Shown: piece after piece, positions 38,391-50,930 of the stretch | How positions within the stretch are numbered: position 1 is the stretch's first letter | Layout: every line of letters starts with the position of its first letter | Origin: Rhina ancylostomus | Taxonomy: Eukaryota | Assembly (NCBI GenBank): GCA_030265395.1 | Contig: JARFYF010000055.1 | Location: forward strand, 26,886,606 to 26,950,605 | DNA: 64,000 nucleotides | Direction: 5' to 3' | Translations under genes and position numbers: made by a program | The notes under the pieces: generated by a model | The model's database searches: none | Told to the model about the DNA's origin: nothing | Seen by the model: only the letters and a program-made list of their open reading frames with translations

Positions 38391-41029
38391 AATTATATAA
38401 TACATATATTCCAATGAATGAACAAGCTGGAATCATTTTGAAATCATGCTTAGTTTGCTTAAAGCTACCTTGATGCTACTTCAAGTTCTTTCAACAAGTA
38501 TAATAATCTCCAAATGAGGTGCTAAATTTTCAAGCCAGTCACTGACAGCAACTTTTGCTTTGACTATGTTACAAATTACCAGATTGTCAGGAATTTACAA
38601 CAAATTACTGAATAATAGTTACAGCTGATTTACTGGTGTGGTTCTTGCACACTGAAAAATGTCACTGAGACACGTTAATCGGGTTACACTGATCACACAC
38701 AAACAGAAGCTTTTTGTTTCTTAAACTTGGAGCACCACTGCATATATGCAATCAGATTTTAAATCCAAAAATTAAGTTCAAATCAGTTCAGTTGTAAATT
38801 AAAATTTTAAAAAAACTGCAGCTCTGGTAATCCGAAATAAAAACTGAAAATACTAGAAACTCAGCAGGTCAGGAAGCATCTGTGGAAAGAGAAACAGATA
38901 ATGTTTCAGATCCGGGATCCTTCATAAGAACTGAGAAAGAGAGAAATAAGTTAGTTTAGGCAGCAGGGTAGATTGGTGAGGGAAATGAGTGGAACAAAGG
39001 GAATTTCTCTGATAGGATGACATAATGTGGCTGCAAAGGAGCAGTTCAGCTTCTTTGTCTGTGTGAAGTCTTGCTGATGTGGTAAAGTCTGGGCAGTGAT
39101 GAATGGTCTGGCATACTGGGACATGCCCAGCAGGCCAGAATATATACATGAAAGAAAAAAGTGATGGAAGGCAAAAATAGCCAATCCTGATACAAAGAGA
39201 AAGAAAGAGCAACATATCTAAAGTTGGAGAATTTGATAATAAATCCTGCTGGATGCAACATGCCCAGATGAAAGAAAACCAAATTCAGGAACCCAAATCT
39301 TAAGGGTAAATTTCATCAGAAATGTATGTGTGAGTGCCAGAATCCTGTAGCTGCTGTCTATGATTAACCTCTGGAAGCCTACTGCTCTCTGACAGTGCAT
39401 GGATGGAGTGGAGTGGCAGAGAGGTAGTTTTGCGCTACATTGGGTTCTCAGATTCACTATAAAAATCTGCACCAGTGGTGAAAATCACTGCTTCAGATAT
39501 TTTAGGTGATTTAATCTGATAAATCATTGCAGAACTGTATTTACCTCTGTTATTACATGTTTCTTCTCCTTTTCAAAATCAATGTGAAATTCAATAAATC
39601 AAAATTGCCCTGGATTCAAGCCATAAACAACCAGTCACTTGTATTGATCAAAATGCAACAACAATGTACCAGTTGCATTCACTTCAATTTTAGTAGNNNN
39701 NNNNNNNNNNNNNNNNNNNNNNNNNNNNNNNNNNNNNNNNCTGTTCGCAGGTAATTAAAGTGCACTGAGCCCAATAACAAAGAAAAGTAAATAAAATCAG
39801 AGTCTAAATGAGGAAGACCTCAGCTTTAATATTTTATATTTTTGGAGGTTTCACCAAGAATAGCAGCAGAGCTGGTCAAATCTCTCCTCATTACAGACTT
39901 GCCAGAGCACTGAGAAATAACTGTACCTTCAAGTGAATTTAATCCTATAAACCATCTGCTGCAATAAGTGATCTATATTTCTGTGATTTGAAAACTATCC
40001 ACTAGCATCACCGGCCAAGTGTCTTGTCACTTTAGCTGTGCCCCTGTGAATATAAATTTTAAGCCGCAGGTGGAATTCAAACCCTGCTTGCTAGGTCACC
40101 AGTCCAGAATCTCAACAATTACATTACCACACCCTTCTGCTGAATGGTGTAAAACAAAATCAACCTCATATTCCCTGTCCTGGAGTTTGGCACTGCTGAT
40201 GAGAAAACCAATAACCAGTAAACTGTAAACTTGTTTAAATTCAGTCACTAGACATTGGTGTCATTGGCATTCATTATCCATCCCTAATTACCCTTGTTTA
40301 TTTCCTTCATGCCTTCCTTTAAGATGTGATTTTAATCTCTAAAGCAGTTGCCGGTACTTGTTATTCATAACACATGTTCTGTTGAAGTTTTATATGGGAA
40401 TTTTACTCTGCTTGGGCCCAGTTAATTATAGTTTATATTAGCTTTGGATGAAGAAGAATGCTCAGCCTATTTCATCTCAATCCTTTAGAATACCAGCACT
40501 ACAACCTGCTCATTATGACATCTGGCTGTATTCTTAATGAGTCCTGCGTCACAGTCTCAGCCATTTATCTTGATAATAAGTTCCAGCTGCATCAGTTCTG
40601 AGCAATAGTCCAAAACTTACCTTTTACATACTAAGATCTGGGTCCATTTATCCTTACATCATGGCATGGCTGAAGCTACCGAAGTAACTGAAGATCCTAG
40701 TGTACTTTTCTCTTCAGTAAAATATATTTTGAAGGTCAATGTTGTTCATTTATGAATTAATTATCAATGATGCCATGTATTAACATCCTTGGTATTGTCT
40801 CCCAGTTCTTAGTGGTTTACCAAATAGGAAATAGGGATGCTAGTGGACCCATCAACTGTGTGCTGATTGTCACTTATCAGTAACTCCCTTCCATTTTAAA
40901 AGGGATATAGCCATCATTGTCAAGGCCAGTATTCAACATGAAACTCAATTTGTCCCTAAGTCACAGCAGTCCTTGTGATGACAGTTGTGGTGCAAGGTTG
41001 CAGTTCCAGTTAACGAGCAACAATAACTA

Positions 41030-41660
41030 GAAAGTGATATATTATCATGTGGCTATGTTGGACTTTGAAGCAAAGTTGCAGATGGCGGCATTCCATATGT
41101 CTGTTGCCTTTAATCTTCTAGGTGGCAGAGACTGCGGGTTTGAGAACTCATGTCAGAGAAGTTATGTCAAGTTGCCTCAGTGGATCTTGTGGGCTGGATA
41201 CAGTGTAGCCACACTGTGCCAGTGGTGGAGGAAGCAAAGGTTTGGGATTGTAGAAAGATTGTTGTTCAAGTGCTTTGCTTGGCTGAATGGAAGTGACCTT
41301 TGATTGTCGTTGAGCTGCGTTCATGCAAGCCGGTAGTGAGTATTCCATCACTCTCTTAACTTGTGCCTTGTAGATGGTGGACTTTGCAGATGGTGGAAAG
41401 TCTTTGGGCAGTTGAGACGCAAGATAGTCACAGCAGTATACCAAGTCTCTGACCTGCTCTTGAAGTCACTTAATGTATGTGGTTGCTTCAGATAATTTAC
41501 TAATCAGTATGAACCTGAGTTAATCATAATGGACATGGTGAAGGTAATGCTACAGGGTGGAAAGGAAAGTAGGTTAGACTCTCTCTTGTTGAAGATGGTA
41601 TTTGTACAGCACTTACACGACAGGAATGCAAACTTGACATGAGTCCAGATTTCTGGAGAT
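41030..41660 (-). mobile_element. L2/CR1-group LINE 3' fragment (second family)
   Basis: ORF 41148-41444 contains STIYKAQVKRVMEYSLPACMNAA, resembling the RT C-terminal YKAQVRSVMEYSPLAW pattern. Related copies at 3680-4290 (+), 25850-26140 (+), 51625-52100 (-) and 59360-60095 (-). Confidence 0.7.
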
Positions 41661-42542
41661 GGTCATTGCCCAGAACTTTTGTGGCATCGGCATTACCTGA
41701 TACTTACCAGACCAAATGTTGTGCAGGTCTTGGCACTGCCTTTGTGATGGAAAGAAGATCTTGTTTAAACAGTCGAAGAACTCTCATTGAGATGTCCAGG
41801 GCTGGAATGATTGACTTCCAACCACAATCATCTTCCTTTAACTCAAATGTTTTCCCCTTCCCTTGCCTTTGTGGCAGAGTTATCATTATATGAACAATTC
41901 TTTAGTCCAACACAGAGAAAGAATCATCTGGAGTAACCTAAATTGTGAAAGAGACATGGAATGTATTTTGTAATCCTCCAGCAAAGGTCTGAATAGCTTT
42001 CCTCTGATCTGTAAAATTCCATGCTTTAATGAAAGGTCAGTATGCAATAGCATCCTCAAAGCTTATGCTTCCAAATATGGATTCAGTCAGACCTCCTAAC
42101 TTTCTGATCACCCATTTCATTATTCTCAGTTTCATCATGTTTCTTGGGATTTTGTTTTTCACTGTTAGTTGTAACATTGAGTTGTTTTTTTATTGATTTC
42201 TGAATTTCATTATAAGAAGGAGATATTGGTCATAATAAATATTGATAAAAATCACGGGAGCCTTTCTCTGATTGGTAGGAGGTGAACACACAATAACATG
42301 CTGCTGATGCTGAGGCTGCATTTTCCTATTACACATAGCAAAAGGATGAAGTGTTCGTAGTTAACTGCTCAATTTTCATCAAAAGTAATTCAATTTATTT
42401 TATTTGTTTCATACTTAAAGGATTATCACTGAGATTCTGAAATGCTCTTTTCCTTCATTATGGATGTTTGGTTGAAAATAAAGAAAAACTACAGGTGCTG
42501 GGAATTGGAAATAAAAACAGACAATTCAGAAAACACTCAAAA

Positions 42543-42980
42543 ATCAAAGTCAAAGTTGAGTTTATTGTCATATGCACAAGTACATGTATGTACAAATGCA
42601 GTAAAAAAACTTGCAGCAGCATCAAAGGCACATAGCATCATGTAAGCAGCATTCACAAGAAAAACATAAATCAAACATAAATTACACACAATTTTTACAA
42701 GAAAGAACACAATTAAAACAAAGAAAAAAACACTTTAGTGCAGAGTGATCAAAGTGGCCCTAGTGTTGTTAATCTGTAGAGATTAGGGTTGTGCTGGTTG
42801 GTTCAAGAATGGAATAGCCAAAGGGAAGTAACTGTTCTTGAACCTGGTGATGTGGGACTTCAGGATTCTGTACCTCCTGTCCAATGGAGGCTGCAAAAAG
42901 TTGACATGGTCTGGATGATGGGGATCTTCAATGATGGATGCTGCCTTCTTGAGGCAGCACCTCCTGTAGATACTACCAGA
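42543..42980 (-). mobile_element. Rex/Babar-like LINE 3' end
   Basis: tcaaagtcaaagttgagtttattgtcatatgcac...gggaagtaactgttcttgaacctggtgatgtgggacttcagg... Related tails at 14070-14320 (+), 49980-50122 (+) and 47690-47745 (-). Confidence 0.6.
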
Positions 42981-43509
42981 TCAGGCAGCCGATGAAGGGA
43001 CTTCAACTTAAGACATTAACTGCATTTCTCTTTCTACAGATGCTGCCCAATCTGCAACATGTTTCCAACATTTTCTGATTTTTTTTTGTTGTTGCTTTAT
43101 TTGCCCTGCCTCATGAAACCAGGTCTGTGGTTCGTGAAGATTCCATTCTGACATCTGGCCCTCCCACTGGTGGATTCTGCAGAGAGCCAGGGGCACATTG
43201 GTGGGTTTTTGAAACTGGAGGTGCATGTTGACTTAGGTGCAGTTGGGTGTTAAAACCAACAATGAAACAAATGTTGGAAAACCAGTTCCAACATATGGAG
43301 TGTATCCAGTTGCTTTACACATAATACATGCCTGAGAAATGAATTGCATTTGAACAAATGCCAAGCTATCCATTGGAGAAATATTTCAAGCCACTTTTAA
43401 ACTTAATGTCACATCCATGAGCTTTCTGGACTTGCTAAAGCTCACAAATGAAAGATGATGAGAGACACAATTACATTTGAGAAGATTGTTCAAGACTTAT
43501 AATTACAAT

Positions 43510-43825
43510 GTGGCACAGTGGTATAACTGTAGAGCTGCTGCCTCACAGCTTCAACCACCCAGGTTCAATCCTGATCTCCAGTGATATCTCTGTGGAATTT
43601 CCATGTTCACCCTGTGATCATGAGGGCTTCCTCCCACATCTCAAAGATGTGCAGGTTGTCATATTAACTGACCACTGTAAATTGTCCGTAACGTGCATGG
43701 GGGAGGTGGGTGGTGGGGGGCTGGTGGTGGAGTTGATGGGAATATGGGGAGAATAAAATGGGATTAATATCAATGGGCGCCTGATCGGTCGAAGTGCCTA
43801 TTTCTGTGCTGTATGATCCTATGAT
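43510..43825 (+). mobile_element. HE1-like SINE, decayed
   Basis: ggcacagtggtataactgtagagctgctgcctcacagc...ccaggttcaatcctg...tttctgtgctgtatgatcctatgat. Confidence 0.75.
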
Positions 43826-43919
43826 CATTCGACAGTAAACATGTTAACAGGTGACTTGACACCCAGCACGAGCAAGATGGGAAAGTGATGTCAAATTACA
43901 TGATACAGATTTAAATATA

Positions 43920-44075
43920 AGAGGCTGCATCCTGTGGAATCTGGAGCAACAGACAACCTACTGCATGAATTCTGTGGGTCGAGCAGTATCAATGGGGGGG
44001 AAAGGAACTATTGACACTTCGGATCCTGATGAAGGTTTTCAACCCGAAACGTCAACGATTCCTTTCCCTCCACAG
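43920..44075. mobile_element. Inverted copy of a Penelope-terminus-like repeat with a hammerhead motif
   Basis: Arms gggggggaaaggaactattgacacttcgg and ccgaaacgtcaacgattcctttccctccac are inverted. CTGATGA (44026-44032) and GAAACGTC (44046-44053) are present. Same family at 538-629, 5348-5432, 7240-7376, 8950-9048, 10580-10698, 38812-38945, 42990-43085, 45190-45270 and 52540-52670. Confidence 0.65.
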
Positions 44076-44654
44076 NNNNNNNNNNNNNNNNNNNNNNNNN
44101 NNNNNNNNNNNNNNNNNNNNNNNNNNNNNNNNNNNNNNNNNNNNNNNNNNNNNNNNNNNNNNNNNNNNNNNNNNNNNNNNNNNNNNNNNNNNNNNNNNNN
44201 NNNNNNNNNNNNNNNNNNNNNNNNNNNNNNNNNNNNNNNNNNNNNNNNNNNNNNNNNNNNNNNNNNNNNNNNNNNNNNNNNNNNNNNNNNNNNNNNNNNN
44301 NNNNNNNNNNNNNNNNNNNNNNNNNNNNNNNNNNNNNNNNNNNNNNNNNNNNNNNNNNNNNNNNNNNNNNNNNNNNNNNNNNNNNNNNNNNNNNNNNNNN
44401 NNNNNNNNNNNNNNNNNNNNNNNNNNNNNNNNNNNNNNNNNNNNNNNNNNNNNNNNNNNNNNNNNNNNNNGAATTCCTACTTCCAGGTTCTTTTTCAACT
44501 TTATCTCTTTCATGGATCAACTATACTTTACTATTACTACCCTGCTGCAGATCAACTTGGTACAGAGGATTATGACCCTGTAAGATGAATCCTAATGTAC
44601 CTGTCATCCTTTTTAAGGCAGCAGACATGATGGTATTGAGTGTCTGCATAGTCA

Positions 44655-45175
44655 GGTACACACTTCATCTTAGGTGATCCCCTGGGCTAAGGATAGATTG
44701 CTTCCATTCCAATTCAAGTTCCATGTCACATCTGCACTCTCTTTAACAGGTGGGGCACGATGGGGCAGGTAGATGGGTTGTTTGGAATGCTATGACCTCC
44801 TTCTGCTGTTTATGTTTGACCTCCACGTGCTCTGATCAGAGAGAATGGAAGCGCTTGTTATCTTCCCACCAGCTAGAGACGACTTGGGCCAGGAATTTAC
44901 ATGATTCAGTGAAGAACTGTAATGTTCCTGAGGTATGATGCAGCTCAGAGTGTTTGTTTTGAGAGTTTTTCATTGGATATACAGACCATGTCTTCTGTCC
45001 ATTGGAGCTGATCAGGCTGATCAGAGCCTCGATGCTGAGCATAATGTCCTGGGAAAGGACATTTGTTTTGTCAGTGGGTTCTGAGAATTTTGAACAAGGA
45101 TCATTGGTGGTACCTTTCCAGTGCTTCGTGATACCTACTCTAGGCTATCCATGTCTCTGAAGTAAATAGGCAGAA
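44655..45175 (-). mobile_element. RTE-clade LINE 3' fragment
   Basis: The reverse strand has a decayed SETW...KHWKGTTN-like region (compare LLYASETW..Y.RH.K.LE.YHQR) followed by a 3' UTR-like segment. Confidence 0.5.
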
Positions 45176-47932
45176 GGGACCCTTTTTTCTCAGTTCTGAT
45201 GAAGAGTATCAGACCTGAAATATTTACTCTGTTCCTCTTTCCACAGATGCTGCCTGACCTGCTGAACTCTTTCTTGAAAATATTAAAAATAATATTTTTA
45301 TTATAGTAAACATGAGCTTGGTGATGCTACATCAGAGGGAGTAATGTATGTGAACATTGAAACATTATCTTCAGGGTTTTTTCAGTGTTCTCTCTTCCTA
45401 TTTTTTTAAAAATCTTTATCTTTTAAACCTGAGTACATTGTAAAAATCTCATCCTCTTTCTGTGGAAAATCAAAGCTCCTACAAATGTCACTTTTGGATT
45501 GTCTCTTTAAATATTGTTTGTGTTGTATGGGTCCTCAACCAGCCGACACTCATGCATCAATGATAAAAGAGGAAGCCAAGTGTTAATGCAGTGGCTGAAT
45601 GAAAGCAGCATGCAGAGGAGTGCTGACATTACTCCAGCACTTACATCAAACACCCACCTCCACTACTCTCTACATGATTCCAGTTCACATTGGGGCCATC
45701 ATGGAGACAATCAGTCCTCCTGGCAATCTGTGGGTCCTATTCACCCCTCAAACTGGTGTCTGATGAAAAGTGGAAGCCCCCTTATTTTGCCATTAATGCA
45801 TACACTGGGCTTTTGGGCTATCTGAATAAAGTGCTAGCTTTGGATTGTCAACTCATTTCTCTGGTTCCCACATGACACTCTGTTCTCTGCCTGAAGAGCA
45901 GGTCCAGGCTCTATGCAACTTTTTATTTAAAACAGACTTGTTCTGCTTGTCTATATTGTAATACCAATTAGTTTCAGTTATTTTGTTTACATTATGAAAA
46001 AACAGCAACAGCTTTTTCACTGATACCTTCCAAAAATGAGGGGGTTTATCAGTTTGCTGTTCAAACTCTTTCCAAACCAGTTTTCCTGTTAAACACTAAA
46101 TACAAACTAATTTTGGAACCTTGAACACCATAATGGGAAACTGTTCAAGTTGGAGTTAGGGCTGGAGCATTCCAGCCCCATTTCCAACCCCAATCTGTTA
46201 CTCATATTAATTTGGCTTAGATTAAGTTATCGAAGTGAAGTTCACAGATAATCCTAAATTGAGAGCAATGTAGCTTGATGCAGAAAGAATGTAACTTTTG
46301 TAAATGCAGCCAGTTAATGTAAAACACAATAAAATATCAACAAATATTGAACAATTGGTGCAAGACAAAAGTAGATTAAGGAGCATATGAAGATATGAAC
46401 AACACAGCTCAATGTTCAGGGAGAGTTCATCGTTCTTTTTAAATGAAGTGCACCGTGGATGATTGTAATGAAAAGAATTATAAGTAAGGCACTAAAATTT
46501 TTACATCATAAGGTAACCTTAATCTTAAAAGCTATGTGCAGTAATGTGGCATATGGCAAGACACAGCAGAAAATAACTGGGATGTTAACCCAATCTCGAG
46601 AAATGCAACCCAGATTTTAACCCAATCCAACTGGAAAGGCTAGATGGGTGCATCAGTACTATGGTGGTGGGTGGCATTGTGCTTTGTCATTGAGGCATAC
46701 AGAATGGAAACTGGCCCTTGGGCCCATAGTCTGTGTGACCATCCACTGCCTATTTACACTAATCCTACATTATTCACATTTTTTATTCTCCCCACATTCC
46801 TATCAAGTCCCCCATATTAAACAATATTAACACACTAAATAATATGTATATTACATGCACATACTGCTATATTATTACATGTGATGCTTACATTCACATT
46901 CATCTGGACACTCTAGGGCAATTTACAGTTGACAATTAATCTCTCTCTTTCTCTCTCTCTAATGTCAATTACCTCCTCAATACTGATCTGTTTTATCAAA
47001 TTTGTGGTCACAACAAGTGATGCAATGCCACTATGTTGCTGAAGCATCTCAGATGGGGTTATACCACATTAAATATGCTATAGGTGTCCAGATGTGGAAG
47101 TCACCTGAGTGTGATTAAATAGATTGAATTTTAAGGACTGAGTTGACAGGTGGAACCCAGGTCACTGGAGCTATGAGGCAGCAACTCTATCAGTTTGTTG
47201 TCAAGATTGTTATTAATATCATTCCCTGCCACTACCACTACCATTTTAACTCTATGAAATTGCTGTTTTTGGAGGGCTGTACAACCAGGCCAAGCTAGCA
47301 ACCTAAGATTTCACGGTCAAATGATTTTATTTGTGCCACAGCTCAACATTTCTTGAAGACAAGATGGCAGCAAAATTAAGATGCCAGAGAAATACAACAT
47401 TGCAGGCAAGGTGAGTTTCCTTTGTAGTTTTATAAAGTGATCTCTCTCTCTATATATATATATTTAATTATTCCAATTATATTCATTATGTAATGGCAAT
47501 GTATGATTTGAAAGGTAACATGTCATTCTAAAGCCATCTTCTGACCAGCCAAACAAGAGATTTTTATGGATATTTACCTTATAAAAGTCACAATAATTTA
47601 ATACAATAACCTTGTGATAATACAGGAGAGCAGCCCAGCTACAGGTCCAGGGTGTTCTTCCTCCCACTCAACACAAATATGGCAATGGTATTAGTCATTG
47701 GTTTATTATTGTCACATGTACAGAGATACAGTGAAAAGCTTTTATTTTGTTTGTGTTTTTGCTTTTTTTTTGTTTTGTTCCTATGATGCTATTGCTATGA
47801 GGATTTGGCAATGCACAAACAGGGGTCTGTGTCAAATACAATGCAACCTTGTAAGGAAGATGGAAGGTGAATGACATCCATCTTGTGCATTGATACAAGC
47901 TCAAAGAAAGATCAGTGAAAACTTCCATCTAA

Positions 47933-48270
47933 AGGGCAGCACAGTGGTAAAGCAGACAGAGATGCTGCTGCAAAGCTCGAGCGAACCTGGTCTGATCCTG
48001 GCAGGAGCTTCTGTGTGAAGTTTGCATGTTTTCCTGTGATTGTGAGAGTTTGTTCTGTTACTCCAGTTTCTTACACACATCTCACAGACTGGTTGGTTGG
48101 TGGGTTAATCGGCTGCTGTAAATTCCCGCTCATATAGGTGGGTGGTAGATTGGTATTTGAAAGAAAATAGGTTATGGAGAAATAACTGTGGGAATGTGAT
48201 TATGTGATTGATGGATATACTTGAGAGCCAGCATAGATTTAATGAGCCAGATGGCCTCCTCCTATGCCAT
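47933..48270 (+). mobile_element. HE1-like SINE, decayed
   Basis: gggcagcacagtggtaaagcag...gtgtgaagtttgcatgttttcctgtgattg...ggttaatcggctgctgtaaattccc. Confidence 0.7.
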
Positions 48271-50639
48271 TAGAAAATATATTGAAAAAAATAAAACAAT
48301 GGAGCAAAAGTATGTGGAATCCAATGGAAAAGTATGGTATTGCCTGGCCAAGAAACTGGCATCAGATGTAGATCAAAGTCTGTGATTTATCAAAAACATC
48401 AGCACAGACACAACTCAAACATGCAAAGCAAACATTGTTTATTGGTATTTGCATGAATCATAGAACTATTGTGACACAGAAGGAACCCATCTGGCCCATT
48501 AAGTTCATGCCACATCTTTGCAGATCAATCCAGTCATTCATTTTCCCTTATTCATTTGCTTTGGCACTGCAAATTACTTTCTCTCAAATACCTGCTCAAT
48601 TTCAAGTGCTGGTTTACTCTGCTGCCAGAAATCTCACAGGTGGAGAGTTCCAATTCCACTTAATCTCTGCATAAAACTTTTCACTCACGTTACCTCAATC
48701 TTTTGCCCACTGTTTAAATGACATAACCTCTGATCTTTGAATATCCATTTAAATCAGATTATAATTAGATATACATTTCTATCAAATCTCCCATCAACAC
48801 TCCTTGCTCCTGAATAACAACCCCATCTTCTCCAGTTTAATCTTAAAACTCATCCCTTATCTCTGGAACCAACTTTTGTACCTTCTCTAAGATCCTTTGC
48901 AGAATAACTTCCATCTCAGACTTAACCAAAGTGGAGTAATTCTTAAACTGAGCTTTCTTGTTTCATTTATTCTTTTCAACAGAACTATGATACTTGGACA
49001 CAAAACCTGGACAAGTCAATCCTGGATGTGTCCATTGTTGTTACCTCAACAGCAGTTGGATACATGCAGAATTGACTTAAAAGATTGTTGAAAGTTAATG
49101 AATTGAATTTTGTTTGTCCTATTTTGTTTTTCTGGGGGGCTGGTTGTGAGAAGGAATATTATGAGCTCTCTTTTAAATTGTATATATTGAAGGAAAATGT
49201 ATTATCCACAACACTCATTAAAATAAAATGGAAACCACATTTATACATTTGCTGATTTTTGTTTTCATTTTCTTAGACTACAAATGGAATGAATGTGTGG
49301 TGAAAATAGTTCTGTAGAACTGCTCTGGGCAACATCGTAATGTTATACTCCAATATCATCATGAGTTGATGTGATGGTCACAGCTCACCAATCCCATTCA
49401 GGATATCAGATATTGATGGTAAGAATCTCAATGAGGCCAAAGCAGCCCAATTGATCAGCACCTCATCAGCCACAAAGAAGGACAAGGGCAGTATTGGAAT
49501 GCCTGAAAGTACTTGTCTAAGTTGCACTCTATCCTGGCTTGAAAGTCCAGCTGGCGCCAGAGCACGGCGACTCATTGCAAGCTGCTTTCTGCAGATCTAT
49601 AATACTTCACTTATAGAACAATACAGCACAATACAGGCACACTATCTAACCCTTTCCTCCCACGTATCCCTCTATCCCACATTCCTCCATATGCCTCTCC
49701 AACAATCTCTTGAACCTGTCCAACATATCTGCCTCCACCACNNNNNNNNNNNNNNNNNNNNNNNNNNNNNNNNNNNNNNNNNNNNNNNNNNNNNNNNNNN
49801 NNNNNNNNNNNNNNNNNNNNNNNNNNNNNNNNNNNNNNNNNTAAAGCCATGCCCTCTTGTCTTGAGCATTGGTGCCCTGGGAAAGAGGCGCTGGCTGTCT
49901 ACTTTATTTATCCCTCTCAATATTTTATACAACTCTATCACGTTCTACTCTTTTAAATCAAATTCTAAGCTTTAACTTTAACACTATGTTCTGCATTCTG
50001 TTATTGTTTTTCCCTTGTACTAACTCAATGTACTAATGTGATGAAATGATCTGTATGGATGGCATGCAAAACAAAGTTTCTCACTGTACCTCGGTGCATT
50101 GACAATAATAAACAAATTAACCAAAATATATTTCCAGTTCTTCATTGTCACCAGATGAAAATCCTGGAAATGACTCCTTGATTGGGCACATCTTTACCTT
50201 GTGACTGAAGCACCTCAAGAAAGAAATTCACCCTCACATTCTCGGTTAGTGATTGACATCAAAGATCAGCCTCACCTTGATTCTCGAAATTAATAAAAAA
50301 TAAATGACTGTGCTAAAATGTATGAAAGGCACAAGCAGGCAGCAGCTCATAATGTCCACAAATCACCAGCCTTACTCAGCATATGAGTTGTGTCTTGAAT
50401 AAATGTCCAGGTACAGATTTGTGTCAATGTATTTTACCTCCATTCCTATAAAGAAGGTTAAGAGACAGAATGCAATGTGCTGAATGAATATATAGCATGA
50501 TCACTGCTACCAGCTGGGGATAAAGATCTAGCAAAATCTCTATTTTGCATCTAATAAACACTGACCACCATACTTTGAGTGGAGACACATAACATTTCAG
50601 AACTGTTTTAATATTTGACAAGCTGTTTACATGCTGTAC

Positions 50640-50930
50640 AAAGCTTCTACCAGCCATTCGCTTGATAAGAAGAAAGGTTAATGGCATTGATACTCAGGAA
50701 AGCCAATGAGATCAAAACTAAAGTCTCAAGCAGAGACTACATTAAGAATAGTTTGTTTTAAGAAGGCATCAAAGCAGAGAGAATGCTGACTGTTTGATTT
50801 CTAATTTGCATTAAGTAACTTGAGATAAGTGAAAGCTGTTAGTGTATAATGACAGGTTAATGGCGCAGGATTAGTGTTTCAGTGATTCAGCCACAGACCA
50901 TCTCCAGTAAGTGATTATCCCTGGAATATG
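50640..50930. promoter_or_regulatory. Candidate intronic enhancer in RSPO1
   Basis: Repeat-free tract with GATAAG twice (50664, 50824), TCF/LEF-like CATCAAAG (50767), octamer ATTTGCAT (50804) and AGGTTAATGGC twice (50675, 50854). Confidence 0.3.

Noticed and set aside
41704-41886. Minus-strand ORF ending at a CTG|gtaagt donor
   Set aside because: No R-spondin similarity or clear acceptor, and the furin exons already join in frame without it.
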